From Squalus acanthias (Eukaryota), in the NCBI GenBank assembly GCA_030390025.1, contig JASTWF010000035.1, positions 1 through 64,000 on the forward strand: a stretch of 64,000 nt of DNA, in the 5' to 3' direction. Position numbers and translations under genes: made by a program. Each line of letters starts with the position of its first letter. The stretch's first letter is position 1. The notes beneath the pieces were generated by a model that had not been told where the DNA came from, searched no databases, and saw only the letters and a program-made list of their open reading frames with translations. Shown piece after piece: positions 1 through 12,177 of this stretch.

Positions 1-726
1 ATGGTAGGACCCTAGGAAGGACAGAGGATGAGAGGGACCTTGGTGTGCATGTACATAGATCCCTGAAGGCAGCAGGACAGGTAGATAAGGTGGTTAAGAA
101 GGCATATGGGATACTTGCCTTCATTAGCCAAGGCATAGAATATAAGAGCAGGGAGGTTATGATGGAGCTGTACAAAACGCTAGTTAGGCCACAGCTGGAA
201 TACTGTGTGCAGTTCTGGTCGCCACACTATAGGAAGGATGTGATTGCATTGGAGAGGGTGCAGAGGAGCTTCACCAGGATGTTATCTGGGCTGGAGCGTT
301 TCAGCTATGAAGAGAGACTGGACAGGCTGGGGTTGTTTCCCTTAGAGCAGAGAAGGTGGAGGGGGGACCTGATTGAGGTGTACAAAATTATGAGGGGCAT
401 AGATAGAAAGGAACTTTTCCCTTAGTAGAGGGGTCAATAACCAGGGGGCATAGTTTCAAGGTAAGGGGCAGGAGGTTTAGAGGGGATTTGAGGAAAAACT
501 TTTTCACCCAGAGGGTGGTTGGAATCTGGAACTCACTGCCTGAAAGGGTGGTAGAGGCAGGAACCCTCACAACATTCAAGAAGCATTTAGATGAGCACTT
601 GAAACGCCATAGCATACAAGGCTACGGACCAAGTGCTGGAAAATGGGATTAGAATAGACAGGGCTTGATGGCCGGCGCAGACACGATGGGCCGAAGGGCC
701 TCTTTCTGTGCTGTATAACTCTATGA
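1..726 (+). mobile_element. CR1/HER1-type LINE, 3' fragment (RT C-terminus + 3' UTR)
   Basis: ORF 45-425 has LVRPQLEYCVQFWSP / LERVQR motifs of CR1 ORF2; near-identical to the copy at 16676-17425; ends in a short CTATGACT tail. Confidence 0.9.
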
Positions 727-729
727 CTG

Positions 730-860
730 ACTGGCAGAGGTGCCGTCTTTCGGATGAGACGTTAAACCGATGCCCTGTCGCTGGTTCAGGTGGGTGTTAA
801 AGATCCCATGACAATATTGGATGAAGAGCAGGGCCAACAATCTCCCCTCAATAAAAACCT
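730..860 (+). mobile_element. DeuSINE-type SINE fragment (3' part of the SINE seen at 44895-45145 in copy B)
   Basis: GAGGTGCCGTCTTTCGGATGAGACGTTAAACCG...GATCCCATG Deu-domain-like core; matches 45029-45160. Confidence 0.6.
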
Positions 861-1099
861 TCAAATGCCTGGCATTAAACTCAACAGAACGTATCCCAGC
901 GTTTGGAAACGAAAGCTGTGAATGAAATTTAAGTTTCCATTGATCCCTTGACTGTGCCTCAAATGTGCCTGCCCAGACCTGTGCAAAACTCAATGCCTCG
1001 GATTTTAGCTGCCATTTGGATTTAACGGCCGCAGCCCGGAATTCCCGGGACTGAGGAAAACCCGGCAGCTAAAGGGAGGCGAGAAGGGCCAGATCCAGC

Positions 1100-2240
1100 A
1101 GGGGGATATAAGGAGAGAGAGGGATGTTGTAAAGGAGGGAGAGGGAGGGAAGGAAGTTGTAAAGAGAGAGAGGGAGGGAAGGAAGTTGTAAAGAGAGAGA
1201 GGGAGGGATGTTGTAAGGAGAGAGAGAGGGAGGGAAGGAAGTTGTAAAGAGAGAGAGGGAGGGATGTTGTAAGGAGAGAGAGAGGGAGGGATGTTGTAAA
1301 GGAAAGAGAGAGGGAGGGATGTTGTAAAGGAAAGAGAGGGAGGGATGTTGTAAAGGAGAGAGGGAGGGAGGGATGTTGTAAAGGAGAGAGAGAGGGAGGG
1401 ATGTTGTAAAGGAGAGAGAGAGAGGGATGTTGTAAAGGAGAGAGAGAGAGAGGGATGTTGTAAAGGAGAGAGAGGGATGTTGTAAAGGAGAGAGAGGGAT
1501 GTTGTAAAGGAGAGAGGGAGGGAGGGATGTTGTAAAGGAGAGAGAGAGGGAGGGATGTTGTAAAGAGCGAGAGAGAGGGATGTTGTAAAGGAGAGAGAGA
1601 GAGGGATGTTGTAAAGGAGAGAGAGGGATGTTGTAAAGAAGAGAGAGAGAGGGAGGGCTGTTGTAAAGGAGAGAGGGAGGGAGGGATGTTGTAAAAGAGA
1701 GAGAGAGAGGGATGTTGTAAAGGAGAAAGGGAGGGATGTAAAGGAGAGAGAGGGGGAGGGATGTAAAGGAGAGAGAGAGAGAGAGAGGGATGTTGTAAAG
1801 GAGAGAGAGGGATGTTGTAAAGGAGAGACAGAGAGAGGGATGTTGTAAAGGAGAGATCATGATGTGGAGATGCCGGCGTTGGACTGGGGTGGACAAAAAT
1901 GAGAAGTCGCACAACACCAGGTTATAGTCCAACAGATTTATTTAATTATTTAAAAGCTTGTAAAATTAAATAAATCTGTTGGACTATAACCTGGTGTTGT
2001 GCGACTTCTCGTAAAGGAGAGAGAGAGAGGGGGATGTTGTAAAGGAGAGAGAGAGAGAGGGATGTTGTAAAGGAGAGAGAGAGAGGGGGATGTTGTAAAG
2101 GAGAGAGAGAGAGAGGGATGTTGTAAAGGAGAGAGAGAGAGGGATGTTGTAAAGGAGAGAGAGAGAGGGGGATGTTGTAAAGTAGAGAGAGAGAGGGGGA
2201 TGTTGTAAAGGAGAGAGAGAGAGAGGGATGTTGTAAAGGA
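1100..2240. repeat. GA-rich minisatellite, unit ~GGGATGTTGTAAAG(GA)n
   Basis: Direct inspection; paralogous array at 46000-47970. Confidence 0.95.
1856..2010. mobile_element. Penelope-like terminal fragment forming a perfect 47-bp inverted repeat
   Basis: Arms 1901-1947 and 1964-2010 are exact reverse complements; same sequence family as 11660-11750. Confidence 0.65.
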
Positions 2241-2458
2241 GGAGTCCCCCCTCATAGAATCATTAGTACAGCACAGGAGGCCATTCGGCCCATCGAGTCT
2301 GCGCCGGCTCTTTCGAAGAGCAATCCAGTCAGTCCCACTCCCGCTCTTTCCCCATATCCCTGCAGTTTTTTCTCCTTCCAGTATTTAGCCAGTTCCCTAA
2401 AGGAAAAGCGTTGTGTTTTGGAGCTTCATTGCCGTGAGCCTTTTTCCTGTGTGCCCAG

Positions 2459-2698
2459 GGATCGGGAGGTACATCGCTCAGGACTTTGCCCAGAGAAATG
2501 CTCGTGTGATCCTGGCCTGCCGTAGTTTGCAGCGAGGACAGAGAGCGGAGCGAGAGATACGGCGCAGGACGGGGAACAGTAACGTTCACCTGCGCATTCT
2601 GGACACCAGCTCCATGGAATCGGTGAGGAACTTCACGGAGCGGATTAAGAAGGAGGAGAAACGGCTGGATATCCTTGTAAATAACGCAGGCACTGCAG
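2459..2698 (+). CDS. RDH11/12/13-like SDR, copy A, exon 2
   Basis: CCCAG acceptor, GTAAT donor; encodes GIGRYIAQDFAQRNARVILACR...LDILVNNAG (Rossmann fold, NNAG motif). Confidence 0.93.
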
Positions 2699-3038
2699 GT
2701 AATGTGCAACAGTGTAGAATAGGGTTTTAATAGGATTGCTTATAAAAATACTATATTGAAATAAAAGTAAATAAGGAACATTTTCAATGCAAAATAGATG
2801 AATGTAAAGAACATCATAACCTGTATTCCTATAGGTCGCCTCAGCTGTAGGGAGATCATTATGTTAAGGAGAATAATTAGTTAATATCGTGTGACACGGC
2901 CACATCAAATCAACATTTAAACATTTTTAACAATCTATTCTCAGTACCAGAACAGGTTGGAAAACATTCTACTGATAATCTCTGCAATAATTTCTGGAAT
3001 GCACTGCCTGACAGGGCGGTGGAAGCAGATTCAATAGT

Positions 3039-3173
3039 TGTAATCTATGTGGTTCCAACAAATGACGGGCAGAGACACGATGAGTGGCAGTCAAGGTGCT
3101 TGTTTACTCGGCCAGAGCGGACTGAGCATGCTCACACTAAACCACGTGACAAATCATGTGACAATACATCACA
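3039..3173 (-). mobile_element. Short 3' LTR (135 bp) of an old Gypsy element
   Basis: TG...CA ends, followed by reverse-complement PPT (AAGGGGGAAAGCAG); also present in copy B at 63499-63633. Confidence 0.7.
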
Positions 3174-3510
3174 CTGCTTTCCCCTTAAAATAAAATGTAC
3201 ATATTCCCCTCTCAACACAACAAAACTACGGTCCCACCTTTCCCAGCATTACACGTACCACAAAACTAAAACTCCTAGCTTTTTTTCTTTTAACTCAACT
3301 ACAAATCCAGTTTAATACCAGGTTTGCGGAGCCTTCCTGATCTCCTTACAGGAGGTTTTGGTGTTGAACCAATTTTCGGGCTGTTTTGTTCTGGCTCCGA
3401 ACTCAAAGATGCTCCTGTTTCTATCTCAGATTTGTTTGAACCTGGTACTTCAGTTTCTGAAGTCTGAACTGAGTCAAACTCATGTATTTGTTCATGATCA
3501 AGTGGTTCAA

Positions 3511-4677
3511 GATCACAGAGTTAACGTTTCAGGTCTGTGACCCTTCGTCAGAACTGGAAAAAGTTAGGGATGTAACAGGTTTTAAGCAGGTGCAGAGGCA
3601 GGAAAAGGGGGGAGAGGGGAGGAAGGAACTAAAGGGATGGTCTGTGCTCGGGTGGAAGGCAGGAGAGATTAAATGTTGCAAATGGGAATGGCAGAATCAT
3701 CAACAGCTGCCGCCTGAAAAAATGGGGGCAGGGGTTATAGTCTGAAATTGTTGAACTCTATGTTGAGTCCAGAAGACTGTAAAGGGCCTAGTCGAAAGAT
3801 GAGGTGCTGTTCCTCGAACTTACGTTGAGCTTCATTGGAACAGTGTAAGAGGACGGTGAGGTCAGAGTGGGAGTGAAGCGGAGAATTAAAATGACAAGTG
3901 ACCGGAAGCTCAGGGTCACCCTTACGGACTGAACGGAGGTGTTCCGCAAAGCGGTCACCCAATCTGCGTTTGGTCTCCCCAGTGTAGAGGAGACCGCATC
4001 GTGAGCAGCGAATACAGTATACTAAATTGCAAGAAGTTCAAGTAAATCGCTGTTTCACCTGGAAGGGGTGTTTGGGGCCCTGGACAGTGGGAAGGGAGGA
4101 GGTAAAAGAGCAGGTGTTGCATCTCCTGCGCTTGCACGGGAAGGTGCCGTGGGGAGGGGAGGGGCTGTTGGGGGGGACCCCGAGCTTTCGGTTGCTTGTC
4201 ACTTTAATTCTCCGCTCCACTCCCACTCAGACCTCACCATCCTCGGCCTCTTACACTGTTCCAATGAAGCTCAACGTAAGCTCGAGGAACAGCACCTCAT
4301 CTTTCGACTAGGCACTTTACAGCCTTCTGGACTCAACATTGAGTGCAACAATTTCAGACTATAACCCCTGCCCCCATTTTTTTCAGACGGCAGCTGTTGA
4401 TGATTTTGCCATCCCCATTTGCAACTTTTAATCTCTCCTGCCTTCCACCCTAGCACAGACCATCCCTTTAGTTCCTTCCTCCCCTCCCCCCCTTTCCCTG
4501 CCCCTACAGCTTCTTAAAACCTGTTACATCCCTAACTTTTTCCCAGTTCTGACGAAGGGTCACAGACCTGAAACGTTAACTCTGTTCCTCTCTCCACGGA
4601 TGCTGCCTGACCGGCTGAGTGTTTCCAGCATTTTCTGTTGTTATTTCGGATTTCCAGCATCCGCAGTATTTTGCTCT
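3511..4677. mobile_element. Penelope-like element fragment (GIY-YIG endonuclease end + pLTR) with inverted partial duplication
   Basis: GDRFAEHLRSV...EEQHLIFRLG on both strands; 8-bp TSD TGGTTCAA (3503-3510 / 4678-4685). Confidence 0.85.
4545..4581 (+). ncRNA. Minimal hammerhead-ribozyme motif in Penelope pLTR (inverted copy 3520-3556; another at 12080-12114)
   Basis: AGTT-CTGACGA-AGGGTC/GACCT-GAAA-CGTT-AACT: conserved core, stem II, palindromic stem III, short stem I. Confidence 0.6.
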
Positions 4678-5271
4678 TGGTTCAAAATCATGTCTTGGTT
4701 CATCTCTAGCAGAGATCATTTGATCTACATGAACACTTCGGATGTTGTCACCAATTTCAACCAAGTATCTCTTGGTTCCACCAACCTCTCCTCCGGTTCC
4801 TATATCCCACTTGTGTGAACTTGACTTTCCGGGGGACTGAGAACACGAACACACTCGTTTTGTCTGAAATTGCCGTCATAATAACGTTCCTGACTCAACT
4901 GTTTCTGTTCAACTCTTGAGGCCAAATTTGGTTGAACAAGACTCAATCATAGAAACATAGAACAATAGGAGCAGGAGTCGGCCGTTCGGCCCTTCGCGCC
5001 TGCTCCGCCATTCAATATGATCATGGCTGATCCTCTATCGCAATACCATATTCCCGCTCTCTCTCCTTGATGCCTTTTGTGTCTAGAAATCTATCTATCT
5101 CCTTCTTGGGAGGTGTTCTCAACCTCCTCTTCATCAAGAGTTCTGCTGGGGTATGTCCATTTGGAGTGTGCGGAGTAGTTCTGTACTTCAGCAAGAAATT
5201 TGCGAAACGTTGCTTCATGCTGAGTCCCGAAGAACCCTGCCACACTTGCTTTTTGAGAGCTTCTTTTACTA

Positions 5272-6655
5272 TTCACCTCAACCGAGCCGGGACCAATATT
5301 CTCGCGGGGAGGTTTGTTAGTGCTGTTGGGGAGGGTTTAAACTAACTTGGCAGGGGGATGGGCACCAGCATATAGGAGTAGAAAAGAGAAGAAGGTGCGT
5401 AAAAGAGTGAGTGTGTTGGATAGTACTAGAGGCGGTAGTAGTACCATATTAGATAGGAGCAGACTAAGAAAGACTATGAAAAATTGAAAAATGGGTTTCG
5501 AGTGCATGTACATAAACACACAAAGTGTGGTGAATAAGGTTGGTGAGCTACAAGCACAATTAGCCGTGTGGCAATATGATGTTGTGGCAATAATGGAAAC
5601 GTGGCTTAAAAACGGTGAAGACTGGGTACTTAATATTCAAGGGTACAAGGTGTTCAGAAAAGATAGGGAAGCAAAAAAGGGAGGTGGGGGGGGCCAGTGC
5701 TGATTAAGGAAGACATTGTAGTGTTGGAAAGGGAGGATGTTCTTGAGGGGACAAGGACCGAATCCATTTGGTTAGAGTTGAGGAGCAAAAAGGGTATGAT
5801 CACGCTATTGGGGGTATTCTACAGGCCTCCAAATAATGAGAGGGAGGTAGAGGAGCAAATCTGCAGGGAAATCGCAGAGATATGCAAGAGCTATAGAGTG
5901 GTGATATTGGGGGACTTTAATTACCCAAATATCGATTGGGATAATGCTAGAGTAAAGGGAAAGTAGGGGGAGGAATTTCTGAAATATGTTCAGGAGAATT
6001 TCCTTGACCAATATGTTCCAGGCCCAACTAGGAAGGAGGCATTGCTGGATCTGGTGCTGGGGAATGAGGTGGGCCAGGTCGACCAACTGTCTGTGGGAGA
6101 ACACTTGGGTACGAGTGATCATTGTATCATAAGATTTAGATTAGCAATGGAGAGGAGCAAGGAACAATCTAGAGTGGAACTTCTAAATTGGAATAGGACT
6201 AACTTCAATGGGATGTGAAAGGATCTAGCCAGGGTAAAATGGAACCAAAGACTGACAGGAAAAATGTAATGGAACAATGGGTGATCTTTAAGGGGGAGAT
6301 GTTCCAAGTACAGGCTAGGTACATTCCAACAAGAGGGAAGAGTAAGGGAACCAAAGCAAGGGTTCCTTGGATGATGAGGGAGATAGAGAAGATGATGAAA
6401 CAAAAAAAGAGGGTGTATGATGAATGTCAGGTGAATTCTTCAAGGGAGAACCAGACCAAATACAATAAATTGAGAGGGGATGTGAAGATGAAAATAAGAT
6501 TGGCAAAGAGAGAATATGAGAGTAGAATGGCAGTTATCATAAAAGGGAACCCAAAAATCTTCTACCAGCATATAAACAGTAAGCGGGCAGTAAGAGGCGG
6601 GGTGGGGCCTATTAGAGACAAAGAAGGTGATATATGCTGAGAGGCGCAGGGCAAG
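5272..6655 (+). mobile_element. CR1 LINE, decayed ORF1 end and ORF2 APE endonuclease region
   Basis: YINTQSVVNK, METWL, GVFYRPP, ILGDFNYPNIDW motifs with frameshifts and stops. Confidence 0.85.
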
Positions 6656-6659
6656 GCTT

Positions 6660-9330
6660 TTTTTAATTCGTTTATGGGATGTGGGCGTCGCTGGCAAGGC
6701 CAGAATTTATTGCCCATCCCTAATTGCCCTTGAGAAGCTGGTGGTGAACTGCCTTCTTGAACTGCTGCAGTCCGTGTGGTGATGGTACTCCCACAGTGCT
6801 GTTAGGGAGGGAGTTCCAGGAATTTGACCCAGCGACGATGAAGGATCGGCCGATATACTTCTAAGTCAGGATGGTGTGTGACTTGGAGGGGAACATGGAG
6901 GTGGTGGTGTTCCCATGCTCCTGCTGCCCTTGTCCTTCTAGGTGGAAGAGGTCGCGGGTCTGGGAGGTGCTGTCGAAGTAGCCTTGGCGAGTTGCTGCAG
7001 TGCATCTTGTAGATGGTGCACACTGCAGCCACGGTGCGCCAGTGGTGGAGGGAGTGAATGTTTAAGGTGGTGGATGGGGTGCCAATCAAGCGGGCTGCTT
7101 TGTCCTGGATGGTGTCGAGCTTCTTGAGTGTTGTTGGAGCTGCACTCATCCAGGCAAGTGGAGAGTATTCCATCACACTACTTACTTGTGCCTTGTAGAT
7201 GGTGGAAAGGCTTTGGGCAGTCAGGAGGTGAGACACTCGCCGCAGAATACCGAGCCTCTGACCTGCTCTTGTGGCCACAGTATTTATGTGGCTGGTCCAG
7301 TTAAGTTTCTGGTCCTTGGTGACCACCCAGGATGTTGATGGTGGGGGATTTGGCGATGGTAATGCTGTTGAATTTGAAGAGGCGGTGGTTAGACTCTCTC
7401 TTGTTGGAGATGGTCATTGCCTGGCACTTGTGTGGCGCGAATGTAACCTGCCACTTATTAGCCCAAGCCTGAACGTCGCCCAGGTCTTGCTGCATGCGGG
7501 CATGGACTGCTTCATTATCTGAGGTGTTGTGAATGGCACTGAACACTGTGCAATCATCAGCGAATATCCCCATTTCTGACCTTATGTTGGAGGGAAGGTC
7601 ATTGATGAAGCAGCTGAAGATGGTTGGGCCTAGGACACTGCCCTGAGGAACTCCTGCAGCGATGTCCTGGGGCTGTGATGATTGAGCTCCAACCACCACA
7701 ACTATCTTCCTTTGTGCTAGGTATAGAAACATAGAAACATAGAAAATAGGTACAGGAGTAGACCATTCGGTCCTTCGAGCCTGCACCGCCATTCAATGCG
7801 TTCATGGCTGAACATGCTACCTCAGTACCCCATTCCTGCTTTCTCGCCATACCCCTTGATCCCCCTAGTTGTGAGTGTTATATCTAACTCCCTTTTGAAT
7901 ATATTTAGCGAACTGGCCTCAACAACCTTCTGTGGAAGAGAATTCCATAGATTCACCACTCTCTGGGTGAAGAAGTTCCTCCTCAGCTCAGTCCTAAATG
8001 GCTTCCCCTTAATCCTTAGACTGTGACCCCTGGTTCTAGTTTTCCCTACCATTGGGAACATTCTGCCCGCATCTAATTTGTCTAAACCAGTCAGGATTTT
8101 AAATGTCTCTATAAGATCCCCCCTCATTCTTCTGAACTCCAGAGGATACAAGTTCAGTTGACCCAATCTTTCTTGATATGTCAGTCCGGCCATCCCAGGA
8201 ATCAATCTAGTGAACCTTCGCTGCACTCCCTCAATAGCAAGAATGTCCTTCCTTAAGTTAGGAGACCAAAACTGCGCACAATACTCCAGGTGTGGCCTCA
8301 CCAAGGCCCTGTACAACTGCAGCATCACCTCCCTACTCCTGTACTCAAATCCCCTTACTATGAAGGCCATCATTCCGTTTGCTTTCTTGACTGCCTGCTG
8401 CACTTGCATTCCCACCTTCAATGACTGATGTACCATGACGCCCAGGTCTCGTTGCACCTCCCCTTTCCCTAATCTGCCACCATTCAGGTAATAGTCCGCC
8501 TCTCTATTTTTACCACCAAAGTGGATAACCTCACATTTATCCACATTGTACTTCATCTGCCATACATTTGCCCATTCACCCAACCTGTCCAAGTCACTCT
8601 GTAGCCTCCTAGCATCCTCCTCATTGTTCACACTGCCTCCCAATTTAGTGTCATCCGCAAATTTGGAGATATTACATTTAATCCCTTCGTCCAAATCATT
8701 AATATACAATGTAAACAGCTGGGGTCCCAGCACCGAACCCTGCGGTACCCCGCTGGTCACTGCCTGCCATTCTGAAAAGTACCCATTTACTCCTACTCTT
8801 TGTTTCCTGTGTGCCAACCAGTTCTCAATCCACGTCAACACATTACCCCCAATCCCATGTGCTTTAACTTTGCTCACCAATCTCTTGTGTGGAACCTTGT
8901 CGAAGGCCTTCTGAAAGTCCAAATACACCACATCTACTGGTTCCCCCCTGTCCACCCTATTGGAAACATCCTCAAAAAATTCCAGAAGATTTGTCAAGCA
9001 TGATTTCCCTTTCACAAATCCATGCTGACTTGGACCTATCATGTCGCCACTTTCCAAATGGTCTGTTATGACATCTTTAATAATTGCTTCCATCATTTTA
9101 CCCACGACCGATGTCAGGCTGACCGGTCTATAATTCCCTGCTTTCTCCCTCCCTCCTTTTTTAAAAGAGGGGTTACAAAAAAAAACCAGCCAGTGAAGAG
9201 TTTTCCTCCCGATTCCCATTGACTTCAGTTTTACGAGGGCTCCTTGATGCCACACTCGGTCAAATGCTGCCTTGATATCAAGGGCAGTCACTCTCACCTC
9301 ACCTCTGGAATACAGCTCCTTTGTCCATCG
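6660..9330 (-). mobile_element. Second LINE family (CR1/L2 group) RT fragment, split by the CR1 at 7726-9175
   Basis: ALDIKAAFDRVWH (9185-9300), GVPQGSVLGP, FADD, YKAQV.SVMEYSPLAW; 3' tail GGCAATAAAT...GCGACGCCCACATCCC. Confidence 0.85.
7726..9175 (-). mobile_element. CR1/HER1 LINE, 5'-truncated, open RT
   Basis: NYRPVSLTS, YLDFQKAFDKV, GVPQGSVLGP, FADDTK; (GTTTCTAT)n tail at 7726-7745. Confidence 0.93.
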
Positions 9331-9826
9331 TAGCCTGGAAGATTTTGGGGGAGGACTTTACACCATACGGCAGCTTGGTGTATGAGTACAGTCCCTTGTG
9401 TGTGTTGATGGTGAGATACTGTTGACTCTATTTGTCAACATTCAGCTGAGCTTAAGCGTGCGACAGGTCAAGCTTGGAGAAAACCTTTGACCCAGAGAGT
9501 GCTGCATACAAATCTTGCGATGTAGGTAACGGGTACTGCTCATCGTCAACCGCTTGGTTGATGGTAAGTTTGTAGTCACCGCACAAGCGTACAGTCTTGT
9601 CTGCTTTAGGCACTACAGCAATCAAGGTAGCCCATTCACTTTTTTCAGTTTTTACCAGCACTCTGTTCTCTCTCAGCTTCGCTAGCTCTTCCTCCATCTG
9701 CCTTATCAATGCATAGGGGACCGACCTTTCCTTACAATAGACAGGCTTCGCGTTGGACATGATGCGGATATGCGTGTCATACCCAGTGATGCCCTCATAA
9801 CTGTCTGAGAACATGCTTTTATACTT

Positions 9827-10728
9827 TCCCCTCCCCACCTTCAGCATTCCGAAGGGACTGCTCCCTCCGCGACACCCTGGTCCACTCCTCTATCACCCCC
9901 AACACCCCTTTCCCTCCCCACGGCACCTTCCCGTGCAAGCGCAGGAGATGCAACACCTGCTCTTTTACCTCCTCCCTTCCCACTGTCCAGGGCCCCAAAC
10001 ACTCCTTCCAGGTGAAACAGCGATTTACTTGTACTTCTTGCAATCTAGTATACTGTATTCGCTGCTCACGATGTGGTCTCCTCTACATTGGGGAGACCAA
10101 ACGCAGATTGGGTGACCGCTTTGCGGAACACCTCCATTCAGTGTGTAAGTGTGACCCCGAGCTTCCGGTCGCCTGTCACTTTAATTCTCCGCTCCACTCC
10201 CACTCAGACCTCACCGTCCTCGGCCTCTTACACTGTTCCACTGAAGCTCAATGTAAGCTCGAGGAACAGCACCTCATCTTTCGATAAGGCACTTTACAGC
10301 CTTCCGGACTCAACATCGAGTTCAACAATTTCAGACCATAACCTCGGCCCATGTTTTCTTTTTTGTCTCACATGGCAGCTGTTGATGATTCTGCCATTCC
10401 CATTTACACTTCATCTAGAGCCATCTTTTGTTTCTTAACTTGTCCAATCACCATCTCCTTTTGTCTTGCACCATCATCCCTTTTGTCTTTCAATCTCTCC
10501 TGCCTTCCAGCCTATCCCAGACCTTCCCTTTTGTTCTTTCCTCCCCTCCCCCCTTTCCCTGCCCGTCACTTGCTTAAAAATCTGTTACTTCTCCAACTTT
10601 TTCCAGTTCTTTTTCATGGAGCTGAGCCGTGAACTCTGTTTCTCTCTCCGCGGAAGCTGCCTGACCTGCTGAGTGTTTCCAGCATTTTCTGTTGTTTCAG
10701 ATTTCCAGCATCCGCAGTATTTTGCTTT
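9827..10728 (+). mobile_element. Penelope-like element 3' fragment (GIY-YIG)
   Basis: LVYCIRCSRCGLLYIGETKRRLGDRFAEH; 13-bp TSD TGCTTTTATACTT (9814-9826 / 10729-10741). Confidence 0.88.
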
Positions 10729-11058
10729 TGCTTTTATACTTGTGTCGAGTCGCTTCTTTGAAGCATCTACACTGAAGATGTTTCTCCAGTCTAGTTTTAA
10801 CTTTCTCAACCAGTCTTTGCCCATGAGGGTTGGCCTGTTGTTGTAGCTCGCTACAATAATAGGCAGCTTTACTGACTGGCCGTTGTGCTGAACTGTACAT
10901 TCCATTTGTCCACATGTCTCTAGGATTTCTCCGGAGTAGGTCTTTAACTCTACGGTACTCTTTGTAAATGGTATCTGATTAAACTTACTCTCATATGTGT
11001 CCTTACTCATGGTAGAGCAGTCCGCCGCTGTGTTGATACACATATCAATATATTGCTC

Positions 11059-12177
11059 TTACACTGCTCCAACGAAACTCAACGTAAGCTCGAGGAACAG
11101 CACCTCATCTTTCTAGGGCAGTTGGAAAGATTAACTGGCAGTGTTCTCTGTCTATATATGCTGTGCCTATATGCATCTCTTCACTTCACCTGATGAAGGA
11201 AACATAGAAACATAGAAACATAGAATCTAGGAGCAGGAGTAGGCCATTCGGCCCGTCGAGCCTGCTCCACCATTCAATACGATCATGGCTGATCATCCAA
11301 ATCCAGTACCCTGTCCCTGCTTTAATCCCCACAGTACACATATCCCACCCTACCCCCGTAACCCCACCTATTTAATTCCCCCTAACATATCCCATCCTAT
11401 CCCCATAACCCCACATATTTAATCCCCCCCTAACACTAAGGGTCAATTTATCATAGCCAAATCAACCTAACCCGCACATTTTTGGACTGAGGGAGGAAAC
11501 CGGAGCACCCGGAGGAAACCCACGCAGACACGGGGAGAATGTGCAAACTCCACACAGACAGTCACCCGAGGTCAGATTCGAACCCGGGTCCCTGGCGCTG
11601 TGAGGCACCAGTGCTAACCACTATGCCACCGTGTTGCAGCGCTCCGAAAGCTTGTGATTTCAAATAAAGCTGTTGGACTATAACCTGGTGTTGTGCAACT
11701 TCTCACATTTGTCCAACCCCCCAGTCCAACCCCGGCATCTCCACATCATGGCATCTTTCTATTAGGCACTTTACAGCCTTCTGGACTTAACATCGAGTTC
11801 AACAATTTCAGGCTATAAATTGGCCCCTGTATTTCTTTCTTTCTTCTCTTGTTTCCTCACATGGTAGCTGTTAATGTCGCTGCTATCATCATTCACACAT
11901 CATCTAGAGCCATCTTTTGTTTCTTAACTTGTCCAATCACCATCTCCTTTTGTCTTGCACCATCATCCCTTTTGTCAGTAAATCTCTCCTGCCTCCCAGC
12001 CTATCACAGACCTTCCCTTTATTCTCTCCTCCCCTCCATGCTGCCCCTGCTTAAAAATCTCTCCTCCCCAACCTTTTCCAGTTCTGACGAAGGGTTCGAC
12101 CTGAAACGTTGACTCTGTTTCTCTCTCCTCGATGCTGCCTGACCTGTTGAGTGTTTCCAGCACTTTCTGTTGTTATT
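11059..12177 (+). mobile_element. Penelope-like fragment carrying a second Penelope-type pLTR (11116-11751) and a SINE
   Basis: 14-bp TSD TCAATATATTGCTC (11045-11058 / 12178-12191); inner TSD CATCTTTCTA (11106-11115 / 11752-11761). Confidence 0.8.
11201..11635 (-). mobile_element. HE1-like V-SINE (tRNA head + V domain + CR1/HER1 tail)
   Basis: B-box GGTTCGAATC, V-domain GGAGTTTGCACATTCTCCCCGTGTCTGCGTGGGTTTCCTCCGGGTGCTCCGGTTTCCTCCC, tail shared with CR1 at 7726. Confidence 0.85.

Noticed and set aside
7822..9297. 491-aa ORF as a single RT
   Set aside because: The first ~38 aa belong to the host LINE; the in-frame fusion with the nested CR1 is incidental.
11560..11635. tRNA genes (also 38290-38365)
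   Set aside because: tRNA-derived SINE heads attached to SINE bodies.
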